A DNA stretch of 61,847 nt, filler included, from 5 parts of 5 records of this genome joined end to end with filler, not necessarily neighbours in it, one strand, 5' to 3'. Positions 9,159 through 19,660 are shown, counted from the first letter of the whole stretch. The notes: a model not told the origin generated them from the sequence alone. Made by a program: numbers and translations.

Positions 9159-9234
9159 ACAGGGACCGGTTTCGCAGACCACCGATCCCGGGTAATCTGT
9201 GAGCTCACAAAGGCCGCACATCACCGGAACCCGT

Positions 9235-9759
9235 ATGGACAAGATCAAGATCCGGCAAAGTCTCGACACTGACATGCCAGCCCTCGAACGGCTTTACCCG
9301 GCCGCCTTTCCGGATGAGGATCTGTTGCCGCTGGTCAAGCAATTGCTGATGCATGAACCCCGCATCCTCTCGCTGGTTGCCCAAGCCGGAGAGCATCTAG
9401 CCGCGCATGTCCTGTTCACACTTTGCAGTCTCTCCGACACTGATATCCAGGCCGCACTTCTGGCGCCGCTCGCCGTCGCTCCCGTGCACCAAAAGCAGGG
9501 CATTGGTACGGCGCTGATCCGTGAGGGCCTTCAGCAACTCGGATCGAAAGGTGTCGATCAGGTCTTCGTGTTGGGCGACCCCGCCTATTACGGGCGCAGC
9601 GGCTTCGAACCCGAAACCGCTGTTTCACCGCCCTACCCTTTGCCCGAGCAATGGCGCCAGGCCTGGCAATCGCTCATCATCGGCTCTGCTCAACCGCCAA
9701 ATCAGGGAAAGCTCTTGCTCCCCGAAGTATGGATGCAACCTGCCCTGTGGGGACCGTGA
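9235..9759 (+). CDS. GNAT family N-acetyltransferase (YhbS-like)
   Basis: LLAPLAVAPVHQKQGIGTALI, VFVLGDPAYYGRSGF. Confidence 0.88.
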   Translation: MDKIKIRQSLDTDMPALERLYPAAFPDEDLLPLVKQLLMHEPRILSLVAQAGEHLAAHVLFTLCSLSDTDIQAALLAPLAVAPVHQKQGIGTALIREGLQQLGSKGVDQVFVLGDPAYYGRSGFEPETAVSPPYPLPEQWRQAWQSLIIGSAQPPNQGKLLLPEVWMQPALWGP

Positions 9760-9907
9760 ACAGGCTCTGCCTGTGATACAGTCCGTCTCACCATTCGCAT
9801 ACGCACTTTTGCCTGTGGTCTCCCGCCACCGAATATGATGGGATCGCACCACATCATCGCCACAAATCTGGGGTGCTTTCTCCACCCCTTCAGGAGTTCA
9901 AGCCATC

Positions 9908-11095
9908 ATGAAACACACCTTTCGATATGCCCTTCTCCTTTCAACGCTACTCACCACCCCGGCTCTCGCCCAGGCACCGGCCTGCGGCGGCAATTTCGCC
10001 CAGTTTATCGAAGGCGTGAAAACCGAGGCTATGGCGAAAGGCGTCAGCGCCGATGTCGCGCAGAATGCGCTGCGCCGGGCATCCATCAACAACAAGGTAT
10101 TGTCGATGGACCGGGCGCAAGGCGTCTTTCGCCAGACGTTCCTCGAGTTCTCCAAACGCTCGGTCAGTTCCAACCGCATGCAGGTTGGCGCCAAGAAGAT
10201 GAACCAATACGCCAAGACCTTCGCCCGCGCCGAGGCCGAGTATGGTGTGCCGGCAGCTGTGATCACCGCATTCTGGGGGCTGGAAACCGATTTCGGTGCG
10301 GTTCAGGGCGACTTCAACACCTTGAATGCACTGGCAACGCTGGCCCATGATTGCCGCCGCCCGGAACTGTTCCGCCCGCAATTGCTTGCGGCTGTCGAAA
10401 TGGTCGGCCACGGCGATCTCGACCCGTCAGCAACCACCGGAGCCTGGGCCGGGGAAATCGGCCAGGTGCAGATGCTGCCCCGCGACATCATCGAATACGG
10501 CGTGGATGGCGACGGCGATGGCCATGTCAATCTGAAGAAATCATCCGAAGACGCGATCATGACCGCCGCCAGGTTCATCAAGGCATTGGGCTGGCGTGCC
10601 GGCGAACCCTGGTTGGCCGAGGTTTCTGTGCCTTCGGGCAACTTTCCCTACGAAAAGTCGGGCCTTGGCCAGGGCATGAAGCTGGGTGACTGGACAGCAC
10701 TCGGCGTGAGCTTCCGCAACGGCACGCCGACATCGCAGAACCTCCCCGCCGACCTGCTCTTCCCGCAGGGCCGCAATGGTCCGGCCTTCCTGGCGTTCCC
10801 GAATTTCTCGATCTATCTCGAATGGAACCAGAGCTTCATCTACACCACCTCGGCTGCCTATTTCGCCACGCGTCTTGCCGGCGCCAAGCCCTATGACGCG
10901 GGCAATCCCGGCAATGGTCTGGATGACGGCGCCATGAAGCAGCTGCAGCAGAAGCTTGCTGCCCTCGGTCATGACGTCGGCAAGATCGATGGCATCCTCG
11001 GCGGTGGCACTCGTGCGGCAGTGCGCGCCGAACAGCTCCGCCTCGGACTGCCCGCTGACGGCTGGCCGGACCAGACCCTGCTCTCCAAGCTTTAG
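9908..11095 (+). CDS. Lytic murein transglycosylase (MltB family) with C-terminal peptidoglycan-binding domain
   Basis: Signal peptide; AFWGLETDFG, GAWAGEIGQVQMLP, DGDGDG EF-hand-like, LQQKLAALG..DGILG..TR PG-binding. Confidence 0.92.
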   Translation: MKHTFRYALLLSTLLTTPALAQAPACGGNFAQFIEGVKTEAMAKGVSADVAQNALRRASINNKVLSMDRAQGVFRQTFLEFSKRSVSSNRMQVGAKKMNQYAKTFARAEAEYGVPAAVITAFWGLETDFGAVQGDFNTLNALATLAHDCRRPELFRPQLLAAVEMVGHGDLDPSATTGAWAGEIGQVQMLPRDIIEYGVDGDGDGHVNLKKSSEDAIMTAARFIKALGWRAGEPWLAEVSVPSGNFPYEKSGLGQGMKLGDWTALGVSFRNGTPTSQNLPADLLFPQGRNGPAFLAFPNFSIYLEWNQSFIYTTSAAYFATRLAGAKPYDAGNPGNGLDDGAMKQLQQKLAALGHDVGKIDGILGGGTRAAVRAEQLRLGLPADGWPDQTLLSKL

Positions 11096-12729
11096 AACTT
11101 TCCGGTTTCTGGCTGCTCTGCCTCCGGCTCGCCCACATCCGGCTTGTCAGCCACAGCCTGATCGCCACTCTCGTCCAGAGGGCCCGCCGCCGCCTGATTT
11201 ATTGAGGGCGGCGGCGTTTCTGTACTGAGACCATCAGGCCCGGCGGCATCGGCACCCGCCCTGCCGGCGACAACGATCTCGGGTGAACCTGGCTCGGTTT
11301 TGGTGCCAGCTGGATCTGCAGCCCGCGTTTCGGATTTGACGTCGGCGCGGCGCGCACGGCGCTGGTAGAGTGCGAACCGAAACGCCCGGTAGCGCGCTCT
11401 GGTCGCCCACACCACATTCTCCACACCGTCCAGTTCATCTTCATAGGCCTCCGCCAGCGCCTGCTTGTAGGAGCCCACCCCTTCGCTTGCCAGATCCTCG
11501 ACCCGCTCCATCAGGTTGAACCAGAGCGGCGAGACCAGAAGCGAGATTGCCGTTACAGCGATTGCCAGGCGATAGATGTCGGCACCGAAAGCACCCGAGG
11601 CGAAGCCCGCCGCAGCGAGCACGAAGGAAAACTCGCCGATCTGCGCCATCGACAGTCCGGCAAGCAAAGCCGTTTTCGGGTCTGACCCGGTGATCCGCAG
11701 CAGAAAAATATTGAGCGCCGTCTTCAACCCGACCACCAGCAGCGCTGCCGCAAGCACCAGCGCGATATTGGCGAGAATGAAATCGAGGTCGATCAACAGC
11801 CCGATGGACAGGAAGAACACCACCAGAAGGATGCTCTGGATCGGCTCGATCACCGGGATCACCCGGCTGCGAAGTGTCGAGTTGCCAACGATGATGCCCG
11901 CAAGAAACGCTCCGTAAACCGGCGACAACCCGGCCAGGCCAGACAGCGCCGCAGCCGAAAAGCACAAGGCCAGAGAACCGATGGCCAGAAGATCAATATT
12001 GTCCTCGATTGCCGCTGCGAACGGCAGCTTGAGCTTCGGGTTGCGCCCGAACCACCACAACAAGCCAGCCAGCAGCGCCACGGCCACCACCACCTTGAAA
12101 GCCACCTCTCCCAGATCAAAGCCCTCGCCCCCGAGACTTGAGACCAGGATCAGCATCGGAACCACGGCGATGTCTTGCGCAATCAGCACACCAACTGCCA
12201 CCCGGCCCGGCGCGCTGCGCAATTCGCCCATTTCTTCAAGCATCTTCATCGCCACGACCGTACTCGACAGCGCGATGATGAAGCCCAGAATGAGGGTTTC
12301 GGATGGGCTGGCGTTGAGCAGATAAGCCAGCAACGCCGCCAGCACCATCGAGGCCAGCAATTGCCCGCCCGCAACGATCACCGCCTGTTTCAGACTGAGC
12401 ACGAATGCCTTGATAGACAGCTCCATGCCGATGAAGAACAACAGCACGACAACGCCAAGCTCAGCCAGAAGAGACACATTTTCCGATGTTGAGATCACGC
12501 CCAACCCGGTGGGTCCTAGCGCCAGACCGGCGAGGATGAAGCCCACCAGCGGCGGCTGCCGCAAACGCATGAAGCCAAGCCCCATCAGCGCGGCAATAGC
12601 CACCGCAATGGCGATTGCCACCATCGCGTCGCCATGATGCGCTGATTGCACTGTCGCATCGACCGCGTGGGTCGCCGCATCGACTACACTGTTTGCCGCA
12701 TCTACTGCCTGAGCGAGATTCTCATCCAT
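11092..12729 (-). CDS. Cation:proton antiporter (CPA2/Kef-type) lacking a C-terminal KTN domain
   Basis: About 12 TM; LFFIGMEL, ALSSTVV, IAQD, GAFLAG, LSMAQIGEFSFVL. Confidence 0.88.
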   Translation of the reverse strand: MDENLAQAVDAANSVVDAATHAVDATVQSAHHGDAMVAIAIAVAIAALMGLGFMRLRQPPLVGFILAGLALGPTGLGVISTSENVSLLAELGVVVLLFFIGMELSIKAFVLSLKQAVIVAGGQLLASMVLAALLAYLLNASPSETLILGFIIALSSTVVAMKMLEEMGELRSAPGRVAVGVLIAQDIAVVPMLILVSSLGGEGFDLGEVAFKVVVAVALLAGLLWWFGRNPKLKLPFAAAIEDNIDLLAIGSLALCFSAAALSGLAGLSPVYGAFLAGIIVGNSTLRSRVIPVIEPIQSILLVVFFLSIGLLIDLDFILANIALVLAAALLVVGLKTALNIFLLRITGSDPKTALLAGLSMAQIGEFSFVLAAAGFASGAFGADIYRLAIAVTAISLLVSPLWFNLMERVEDLASEGVGSYKQALAEAYEDELDGVENVVWATRARYRAFRFALYQRRARRADVKSETRAADPAGTKTEPGSPEIVVAGRAGADAAGPDGLSTETPPPSINQAAAGPLDESGDQAVADKPDVGEPEAEQPETGKF

Positions 12730-12946
12730 GCCAACTCCTTGCCCATTCAGACTAGAGGATCAATTCAGGCTAGGGAAGGCTTGCAAGGCGATAGTGCCCG
12801 CAGCGCAGCATTCTTACACCGTGCAATCGATATACCACGCCCAGCCGCTGAACCGGCGCAAAAACATCGCCTTAGACCCACTCTGTCTCGGCAGTGACGC
12901 CTCCGCTCGGCCGCGCCTCCGTGAGCTCGTCTCTGGGAAAAGCCCC

Positions 12947-12975
12947 TTGTCATTATTCTAGAATATCAGTATGAA
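12947..12975 (+). promoter_or_regulatory. Putative sigma70 promoter of the TRAP operon (TTGTCA-N17-TATGAA) with palindromic operator TATTCTAGAATA (12954-12965) in the spacer
   Basis: Motif spacing and perfect 12-bp palindrome read directly, about 95 nt upstream of dctP ATG. Confidence 0.6.
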
Positions 12976-13068
12976 TTTTGCATCATGTGGCAAGATACCC
13001 GTGTGATGCTGAGGAGAGTTTGCAACTGGCCTCCATAGAGGTCATTGTAGTTTTGGGAGGAACTATTC

Positions 13069-14049
13069 ATGAAAATTCGAGATATTGCACTGGCCGCGCT
13101 GGCGTCGACAATGTTGACGGCAACATCCGTTCCGGCATTTGCCGCACCGACAACGCTGAAATGGGCACATGTCTATGAAACCAGCGAACCATACCACACC
13201 TGCGCCGTAGCAGCCTCCGATCTGCTGTCAAAGGCCACCGATGGCCGCTACAATATCGAGGTCTTTCCGGCCTCTTCGCTGGGCAAGGAAGTTGATATCA
13301 ACGAAGGCCTCGGGCTGGGGACCGTCGATATCATCTATACCGGTCAGCTGTTTGCCGGGCGTTCCTACGGACCGATCGCCATCGGCGGCGCACCGTTCAT
13401 GTTCCGCGACTTCAATCACTGGGACAAATACCGCAATTCAGACCTCTTCGGCGACATGTCGAAGGGCTATGAAGATGCCTCGGGCAACCACATCACCTCG
13501 ATGACCTATTACGGTCAGCGCCACGTCACCTCCAATGTCGAGATCAAGACACCGGAAGATATGAAGGGCCTGAAAATCCGCGTGCCGAATGCACCGCTCT
13601 ACATGATGTTCCCGCTGGCCGTTGACGCCAATCCGACGCCGATCGCCTTTGCCGAGGTCTATCTGGCTCTGCAGCAGGGCACCGTCGACGCCCAGGAAAA
13701 CCCGCTGCCGACCATCCAGGCCAAGAAATTCTACGAAGTGCAGAAATTCATCACCCTGACAGGTCATATCAGCGACGCGCTGATGACCATCGTCGGTGGC
13801 CCCGCCTGGGGAGCCATGAGCCCCGAGGACCAGACAGCGCTTGACGGCGTGCTTGATGAAACTGCGGTCTGCGCCAGCGACCAGATCATCCAGAAGGAGA
13901 AGGATCTGGTGCAGTGGTTCAAGGACAATGGCGTCACCGTCAACGAAGTTGACCGGACACCATTCCGCGAAGCCACGATGAAGCTGCACAATGGCCCTGA
14001 CGCCACCTGGGACCAGGCCACCTACGACCAGTTGCAAGCCATCAAGTAA
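13069..14049 (+). CDS. dctP: TRAP transporter substrate-binding protein (DctP/SiaP family)
   Basis: Signal peptide; YGQRHVT, MKGLKIRVP, AEVYLALQQGTVDAQENP, KFYEVQK; GGAGG RBS. Confidence 0.95.
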   Translation: MKIRDIALAALASTMLTATSVPAFAAPTTLKWAHVYETSEPYHTCAVAASDLLSKATDGRYNIEVFPASSLGKEVDINEGLGLGTVDIIYTGQLFAGRSYGPIAIGGAPFMFRDFNHWDKYRNSDLFGDMSKGYEDASGNHITSMTYYGQRHVTSNVEIKTPEDMKGLKIRVPNAPLYMMFPLAVDANPTPIAFAEVYLALQQGTVDAQENPLPTIQAKKFYEVQKFITLTGHISDALMTIVGGPAWGAMSPEDQTALDGVLDETAVCASDQIIQKEKDLVQWFKDNGVTVNEVDRTPFREATMKLHNGPDATWDQATYDQLQAIK

Positions 14050-14071
14050 CCCAGACGGACATTTGCGTTGC

Positions 14072-14092
14072 GCGGCGGCCCATGGCCGCCGC
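14072..14092 (+). other. Intercistronic stem-loop after dctP
   Basis: GCGGCGGCC-CAT-GGCCGCCGC. Confidence 0.55.
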
Positions 14093-14118
14093 CTCTCGGT
14101 CCATTCGGAGATTGCCTG

Positions 14119-14685
14119 ATGTCGACAAAAGACAAATCCACAGCTGAATCCTCGATCGCCAAACTGATCCACGAGGAAGACGAGGACCTGACCGGCTTCC
14201 AGTGGGACGACGGACTGGTGCTGTCCGTGTTCTGGGCACTGGCCTTTGTGGTCTTTCTGCAGTTCTTCACCCGCTATGTGCTCAACAATTCGCTCGGCTG
14301 GACCGAAGAGATCGCCCGCTTCCTGTTGATCACGGTGACCTTTCTCGGCGCTGTCATGGCGGTTCGCCGCGAAAGCCACATCGCTGTCGAGTTGGCGTTT
14401 CGCTGGCTCTCACGACCGGTGCGCAAGCTGCTGCAGTATTTCATCGATATCGTCTCAATCGTCTTTTACGGCTTCATGGGCTTTCTGTGCACCCAGGTAG
14501 CCGGCAGGACCCAGCAGAAGATGGTCTCGCTCGATTTTCCGAAATCGTCGATCTACTGGTTCATTTCCGCCTGTTTTCTGGCCATGACCATCTACGCGCT
14601 GATCGTTTTCTGGCGCCATTGGCGCTCGGGCAGCAGCCGGCTGATCGACCCCGAAACCGCCAAGGCAACCGGCCCGACGCTTTGA
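14119..14685 (+). CDS. dctQ: TRAP transporter small permease
   Basis: 4 TM; QFFTRY..NNSLGWTEEIAR, HIAVE; GGAG RBS before ATG 14119. Confidence 0.93.
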   Translation: MSTKDKSTAESSIAKLIHEEDEDLTGFQWDDGLVLSVFWALAFVVFLQFFTRYVLNNSLGWTEEIARFLLITVTFLGAVMAVRRESHIAVELAFRWLSRPVRKLLQYFIDIVSIVFYGFMGFLCTQVAGRTQQKMVSLDFPKSSIYWFISACFLAMTIYALIVFWRHWRSGSSRLIDPETAKATGPTL

Positions 14686-14728
14686 CCCGCCCCGCCATCG
14701 CCCTCTTCGCTTCGAGCAAAGGCATACC

Positions 14729-16009
14729 ATGCTCCTGACCCTTCTTTTCGTCATGGTCTTCGCGCTGATCATGCTCGGCATCCCTGTCGCCATCGCGCTG
14801 GCTGGCTCTTCGGCCGTGTTCATCCTGCTCGACGGTCACGTACCCGGTCTTGTCGTCGCCCACCGCATGATCAACGGCGTTGATTCCTTTCCGCTGCTGG
14901 CAGTGCCGTTCTTCATCCTCGCCGGCAATTTGATGAACACCGCCGGCATCACCGAACGCATTTTCGATTTCGCCAAGGCGATGATCGGCTGGCTGCCGGG
15001 CGGGCTCGGCCACGTCAATATTGGCGCTTCCGTGATCTTTGCCGGCATGTCGGGCGCCGCCGTCGCCGATGCCGGCGGGCTCGGGGCCATCGAGATCAAG
15101 GCCATGCGCGATGCCAATTACGATCCGGGCTTTGCCGTCGGCATCACCGCCGCCTCATCGACCATCGGCCCGATCATCCCGCCCTCACTACCGATGGTGA
15201 TCTATGGCGTCGTTGCCGGTGCCTCTATCGGTCAGCTGTTCGCAGCCGGTTTCATTCCCGGTCTGCTGATGGCAGTGGCGCTGATGATCATGGTGGCGTT
15301 TTACGCCCGCCGCTACAAATATCCGCGAGACCAGGCGTTCCGGATGTCCGTCCTGGGACACGCCTTCATCCGTGCATTCCTGTCGTTGCTCACACCGGTG
15401 ATCATCGTCGGCGGCATCCTTTCAGGCGCCTTCACTCCCACCGAGGCCGCCATTGCCGCCTGCGCCTGGGCGCTGATCCTCGGACTGTTCGTCTACCGCA
15501 CTCTGACAGTGCGTCGCTTCCTGAAAGTCTCGATGGACACAATCGAGACCACCTCCGTGGTGCTGTTCATTGTAGCCGCTGCGTCGATATTCGCCTGGAT
15601 CTTGACCTCGAACCGGGTGCCTGAACATTTCGCAGCCCTGATCCTCGGCGTGTCGGAAAACCCGATCATCATCCTGTTGCTGATCAACGTCATCCTGCTG
15701 ATCGTCGGCTGCTTCATGGAAACGGTGGCCGCCATTACCATTCTGGTGCCGGTGCTGCTGCCGATCGCCGTGCATATCGGCATAGACCCGGTACATTTCG
15801 GCGTCATTCTGGTGCTCAACCTGATGATCGGCCTGCTGACCCCGCCGGTCGGCATGGTGCTCTATGTGCTCTCGCGGGTGTCGAAAGTCCCGTTCGAACG
15901 CTGTGTTAGCGCCACGGCACCGTTCCTCATTCCGCTGTTTGCGGTGCTGATGCTGGTGACGTTCTTCCCGATCTTCACCATGTGGTTGCCGACCCTGATC
16001 TATCGCTGA
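14729..16009 (+). CDS. dctM: TRAP transporter large permease
   Basis: FPLLAVPFFILAG, GMSGAAVAD, IIPPS, FTPTEAA, GLLTPPVG. Confidence 0.95.
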   Translation: MLLTLLFVMVFALIMLGIPVAIALAGSSAVFILLDGHVPGLVVAHRMINGVDSFPLLAVPFFILAGNLMNTAGITERIFDFAKAMIGWLPGGLGHVNIGASVIFAGMSGAAVADAGGLGAIEIKAMRDANYDPGFAVGITAASSTIGPIIPPSLPMVIYGVVAGASIGQLFAAGFIPGLLMAVALMIMVAFYARRYKYPRDQAFRMSVLGHAFIRAFLSLLTPVIIVGGILSGAFTPTEAAIAACAWALILGLFVYRTLTVRRFLKVSMDTIETTSVVLFIVAAASIFAWILTSNRVPEHFAALILGVSENPIIILLLINVILLIVGCFMETVAAITILVPVLLPIAVHIGIDPVHFGVILVLNLMIGLLTPPVGMVLYVLSRVSKVPFERCVSATAPFLIPLFAVLMLVTFFPIFTMWLPTLIYR

Positions 16010-16263
16010 ACGCCGAACTGAGCCGGGACAGGTACGGACGCGCAAGCAAGCCACTCACAGCTTGTGGAACGTCCGTGCCGACCCGCGTCAGCATCATCGC
16101 GAAGCCGATTGTGGCGCCCCCCCCCCCGCTCAAGTGAGATCACGACGCTCCGGCTCGACGGGCGCCGGATCAGGTGAGCTATGGCCTTCGTTCACAGAGC
16201 AAGGGCGCCTGAAACCATGGGCTGTATGTTGCTTCCGGCATTTACCAAAACGAAACAATTTTA

Positions 16264-16294
16264 ATGAATATTCATAGTTACATTCGAATGTAAC
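16264..16294. promoter_or_regulatory. Two adjacent perfect palindromes upstream of the MCP gene (ATGAATATTCAT 16264-16275; GTTACATTCGAATGTAAC 16277-16294)
   Basis: Read directly in AT-rich intergenic DNA. Confidence 0.55.
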
Positions 16295-16436
16295 ATTTCA
16301 TGCTCTGAAGGCGCTCGGTAGCTTTCGCAATCAAGTTACCAAAAGTTGCATGGATAGAACCCTAAAACCAGTTGGCCCTGACGGATCATGATGGATTCCC
16401 GGTGACCGCATCTCGGTAAAAAACAAGGCTATCACC

Positions 16437-18539
16437 ATGATCAAGATGAACATCAGCAGCAAATTCAACACGCTGCTTTTCGGCGGCGCGCTGATTTCCG
16501 CCGTCGCGGTCGCAGGAACCGTTTTCACGCTCAGTGAGCGCTTTGTGTCTCAGGCGATGCAGGACAAGCTTGCAAGTGTCGAGACCGAATTCCAGTCCGA
16601 GCTTGCAGCATCGCAGCGCTCCGCCACCATGCTGGCCAAGCTCGTTGCTGAACAGCAAAGCGTCAAGCAATCGTTCGCGGCGCTTGACCGGGACACTCTG
16701 GCCGGGGAATTCAAGAACTCGTTCGAGATGCTCAAGAACGAGTATGATGTGCGTCAGTTCCAGTTTCATTTACCTCCCGCCACCTCGTTCCTCCGCGTTC
16801 ACAAGCCTGAGAAGTTTGGCGACGATCTATCCGGTTTCCGCAATACCGTACTTCAGGTGAATTCGACCAAGACCAGCCTTTCGGGTCTTGAAGCCGGCGT
16901 CGCCGGCATCGGCATCCGCGGGCTTGCGCCGATTTCACTGGACGGCAAGCATATCGGCTCGGTCGAATTCGGCCTCAGCCTGCACAGTGGCTTCGTCGAA
17001 AAATTCACCCGCAACACCGGTAATCCCGCTGCAATCTTTGCAATCGGCAAAGAAGGCCTGAACGAGATTGGCACCACATTGCCCGCCGGACAGGATCCGG
17101 TGAAGTCACTCGGCCTTGCCGATCTGACCGGCAAGCGGGTCACATTTGAAACAATGCCCGGAACCGATGGCGTCTTTGCCAACATCGTGTTTCCGATCGC
17201 CGACGTATCGGGTGCCACCATCGGCGTTGCCGTCGTCGCCGTTGATCGCACCAACTACAACGCCATCGCCACTGCCGGTCTCTGGGCTGCAGCGGCTGTG
17301 TTCGTGCTGATGATCCTGATTGCCGCTGCAATCTCGTTGATCAGCAGGCCGATGATCTACCGTCCGCTGGCCAGCATGACCAATTACATGGGCGTCCTTG
17401 CCAAGGGCGACCTGAAAACCGAAGTTCCCTTCACCAGCCGCTCCGATGAGCTGGGCTCCATGGCCAAGGCCGTTGAAGTGTTCCGCAACTCTGCGATCCG
17501 CAATATCGATCTGGAAAACGAAGCCGAGGAAACCCGTTACGCCTCAGAGGAAGAACGCGCCACCAACGAAGCTGAAAAGGCCCGCCAGGCACAGCAGCTG
17601 CAGGAAGCTGTATCCGCACTTGCCGAAGGTCTCGGCAAACTCGCCGAGGGCAATCTGGCATTCCGCATCACCAAAACCTTTCCCGGTTCCCTGGAAGCCG
17701 TTCGCCAGGATTTCAACTCCTCGATCGAAAGCCTCGAAACAGCGTTTACAACCATTTCAACCAGCTCCGGGAATATCGGTCAGGGCACCTCTGAAATCCG
17801 CAGCTCGACCGACAACCTGTCGCGCCGCACGGAACAGCAGGCCGCGTCGCTTGAGCAGACCGCCGCAGCTCTCGACGAAATCACATCCACCGTCCAGGCG
17901 GCCCACAAACGTGCCTCCGACATCGGCCGCATGGTTGGTGAGGCCTCAAGCGTCGCCAGCGAGTCCGAAACCATCGTCCAGGACACCGTGACCGCGATGA
18001 GCGAAATCGAAACCTCCTCCAAGCAGGTGGCTCAGATCATCGGCGTGATCAACGAGATCGCCTTCCAGACCAACCTGCTGGCACTCAATGCCGGCGTGGA
18101 AGCCGCCCGCGCAGGAGAAGCCGGCAAGGGCTTTGCCGTGGTCGCCCAGGAAGTGCGCGAACTGGCCCAACGCTCGGCAAGCGCAGCCAAGGAAATCAAC
18201 ACGCTTCTGGAAAAATCCGAAGCCCACGTTCAGTCGGGCGTCACCCTTGTGACCCGGACCGGCGAGGCACTGCAGAAAATTGGCGGCCATGTGCAGTCAA
18301 TCAATTCCAACGTCAAGGCCATGGTCACCTCGTCGCAGGAACAGTCTGTGGGAATTCAGGAAATCAACACTGCCGTCAACCAGATGGATCAGGTGACCCA
18401 GCAGAACGCCGCCATGGTCGAGGAAACCACCGCCGCCGTCCACACGGTCTTCGGGGAAACCGAAACCCTCAACCAGGCCATCTCCCGTTTCCAGATCAGC
18501 GGCCAGGCAAGCGCTCCACGCAGAGCCCGCGCCGCCTGA
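16437..18539 (+). CDS. Methyl-accepting chemotaxis protein with periplasmic Cache-type sensor and HAMP domains
   Basis: 2 [17 protein letters not shown] Cache motif; [45 protein letters not shown]. Confidence 0.95.
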   Translation: MIKMNISSKFNTLLFGGALISAVAVAGTVFTLSERFVSQAMQDKLASVETEFQSELAASQRSATMLAKLVAEQQSVKQSFAALDRDTLAGEFKNSFEMLKNEYDVRQFQFHLPPATSFLRVHKPEKFGDDLSGFRNTVLQVNSTKTSLSGLEAGVAGIGIRGLAPISLDGKHIGSVEFGLSLHSGFVEKFTRNTGNPAAIFAIGKEGLNEIGTTLPAGQDPVKSLGLADLTGKRVTFETMPGTDGVFANIVFPIADVSGATIGVAVVAVDRTNYNAIATAGLWAAAAVFVLMILIAAAISLISRPMIYRPLASMTNYMGVLAKGDLKTEVPFTSRSDELGSMAKAVEVFRNSAIRNIDLENEAEETRYASEEERATNEAEKARQAQQLQEAVSALAEGLGKLAEGNLAFRITKTFPGSLEAVRQDFNSSIESLETAFTTISTSSGNIGQGTSEIRSSTDNLSRRTEQQAASLEQTAAALDEITSTVQAAHKRASDIGRMVGEASSVASESETIVQDTVTAMSEIETSSKQVAQIIGVINEIAFQTNLLALNAGVEAARAGEAGKGFAVVAQEVRELAQRSASAAKEINTLLEKSEAHVQSGVTLVTRTGEALQKIGGHVQSINSNVKAMVTSSQEQSVGIQEINTAVNQMDQVTQQNAAMVEETTAAVHTVFGETETLNQAISRFQISGQASAPRRARAA

Positions 18540-18568
18540 CGACGAGGCTAGCCCCTTAAGCGATACTC

Positions 18569-18603
18569 AGACCACGCTCGCCAGCCGGCCAGCGTGGTCT
18601 TTC
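18569..18603 (+). terminator. Probable intrinsic terminator after the MCP gene
   Basis: AGACCACGCT...AGCGTGGTCT stem followed by short T run. Confidence 0.6.
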
Positions 18604-18614
18604 CCATTCAGAAC

Positions 18615-18666
18615 CACGGCCAGTTGCCACACACTTACAACACGGCCAGTTGCCACACACTTACAA
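18615..18666. repeat. Perfect 26-bp tandem duplication (CACGGCCAGTTGCCACACACTTACAA x2)
   Basis: Copies 18615-18640 and 18641-18666, no spacer. Confidence 0.95.
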
Positions 18667-18906
18667 CTTGTCGAACTCGTCCTTGTCGACAGGCATCAAC
18701 ATCACGGCGGTCGCCATGACGGCAAACCCGAAAGTGGAGCCAAAAGACATCAGCAGGATGAAGATGGCTGCGACACGGCTCGAAGAGCCCAGCACCAGAT
18801 CACCAAAGCCATTGATGTTGAAATAGACCACGCCAGCCGCAACCAGCCAGCCAATCAGCACGCCGAGTGCGGAGTTGATGAGCACAAATCGGATCAGTTT
18901 CGGCAT
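18661..18906 (-). CDS. Small 2-TM hypothetical membrane protein (81 aa)
   Basis: MPKLIRFVLINSALG.. hydrophobic ORF with GC3-rich codons. Confidence 0.7.
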   Translation of the reverse strand: MPKLIRFVLINSALGVLIGWLVAAGVVYFNINGFGDLVLGSSSRVAAIFILLMSFGSTFGFAVMATAVMLMPVDKDEFDKL

Positions 18907-19019
18907 CGCTGGGCTTCCAGACATGTATGGGTTCGGGTCGAAGCAAGAGTATACCGCAGTCCGTCCACATGCCCCGCGTGACAGATGCGCGCGGCACAAT
19001 GTGTTCGGTCAAACCTGCG

Positions 19020-19499
19020 TCACGCAGCCTCGAACACGTTTAGTGAGCCATCGGTCTCAAGCACCACCGAAGTCACGGCCGACAGATCCGTCTTGCCATT
19101 TCCATGCAAGGCAGCAGTGATCTCTTCCTTGGTCACCCGCTCACGCAGCATCGCCCGATCCTGATAGACACCGCGATGCACCAGCAATCTCGGTTCACTC
19201 TTGATCAGGTTCTCGAAAGGCTTCCAGCGCACGGACAGCCAGGTCATGCCGAACTGCAATGTGATCAACAGCGCCAGCGCCACTATGCCCTCGATCAGCG
19301 GCACCGATTTGGTGATGATGATCGACGAGAGCATCGAACCCAGGCAGATGGTGACGATGAAATCAAAGGCGTTGAACTTGCTCAGCGTCCGCTTGCCGGA
19401 CGTCCGCAGCATGACGATCAGAGCCGCATATGCCAGCACCCCGGTGATCAGAATACGTCCAATTCCGGCCCAGTCATCGAAAAAGATCGGATTTTCCAT
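19020..19499 (-). CDS. DUF421/YetF family membrane protein
   Basis: GKRTLSKFNAFDFIVTI.LGS, VVLETDGSLNV. Confidence 0.88.
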   Translation of the reverse strand: MENPIFFDDWAGIGRILITGVLAYAALIVMLRTSGKRTLSKFNAFDFIVTICLGSMLSSIIITKSVPLIEGIVALALLITLQFGMTWLSVRWKPFENLIKSEPRLLVHRGVYQDRAMLRERVTKEEITAALHGNGKTDLSAVTSVVLETDGSLNVFEAA

Positions 19500-19660
19500 G
19501 GTTTGCGTCCCCCTGTGAAGTGATCGAGTGCAGCGCCGTCATCGTGATCACAGGTCAGACCGAAGATCGGCCGGTGCCTCAATGGCGGCACCGGTCAACC
19601 GTCAACAACCGCTTTGGTTCCCATATTTCGCAGGAACGCCCTGAGTGGAGAGCCCTCCCC

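Noticed and set aside
16117-16127. Poly-C tract as a phase-variation switch
   Set aside because: Intergenic and about 300 nt from the next start, with no promoter elements around it; no support for function
18615-18666. CRISPR array
   Set aside because: Only two abutting copies, no spacers, no cas genes; the same lack of array structure applies to the 25-bp repeat at 50223-50278
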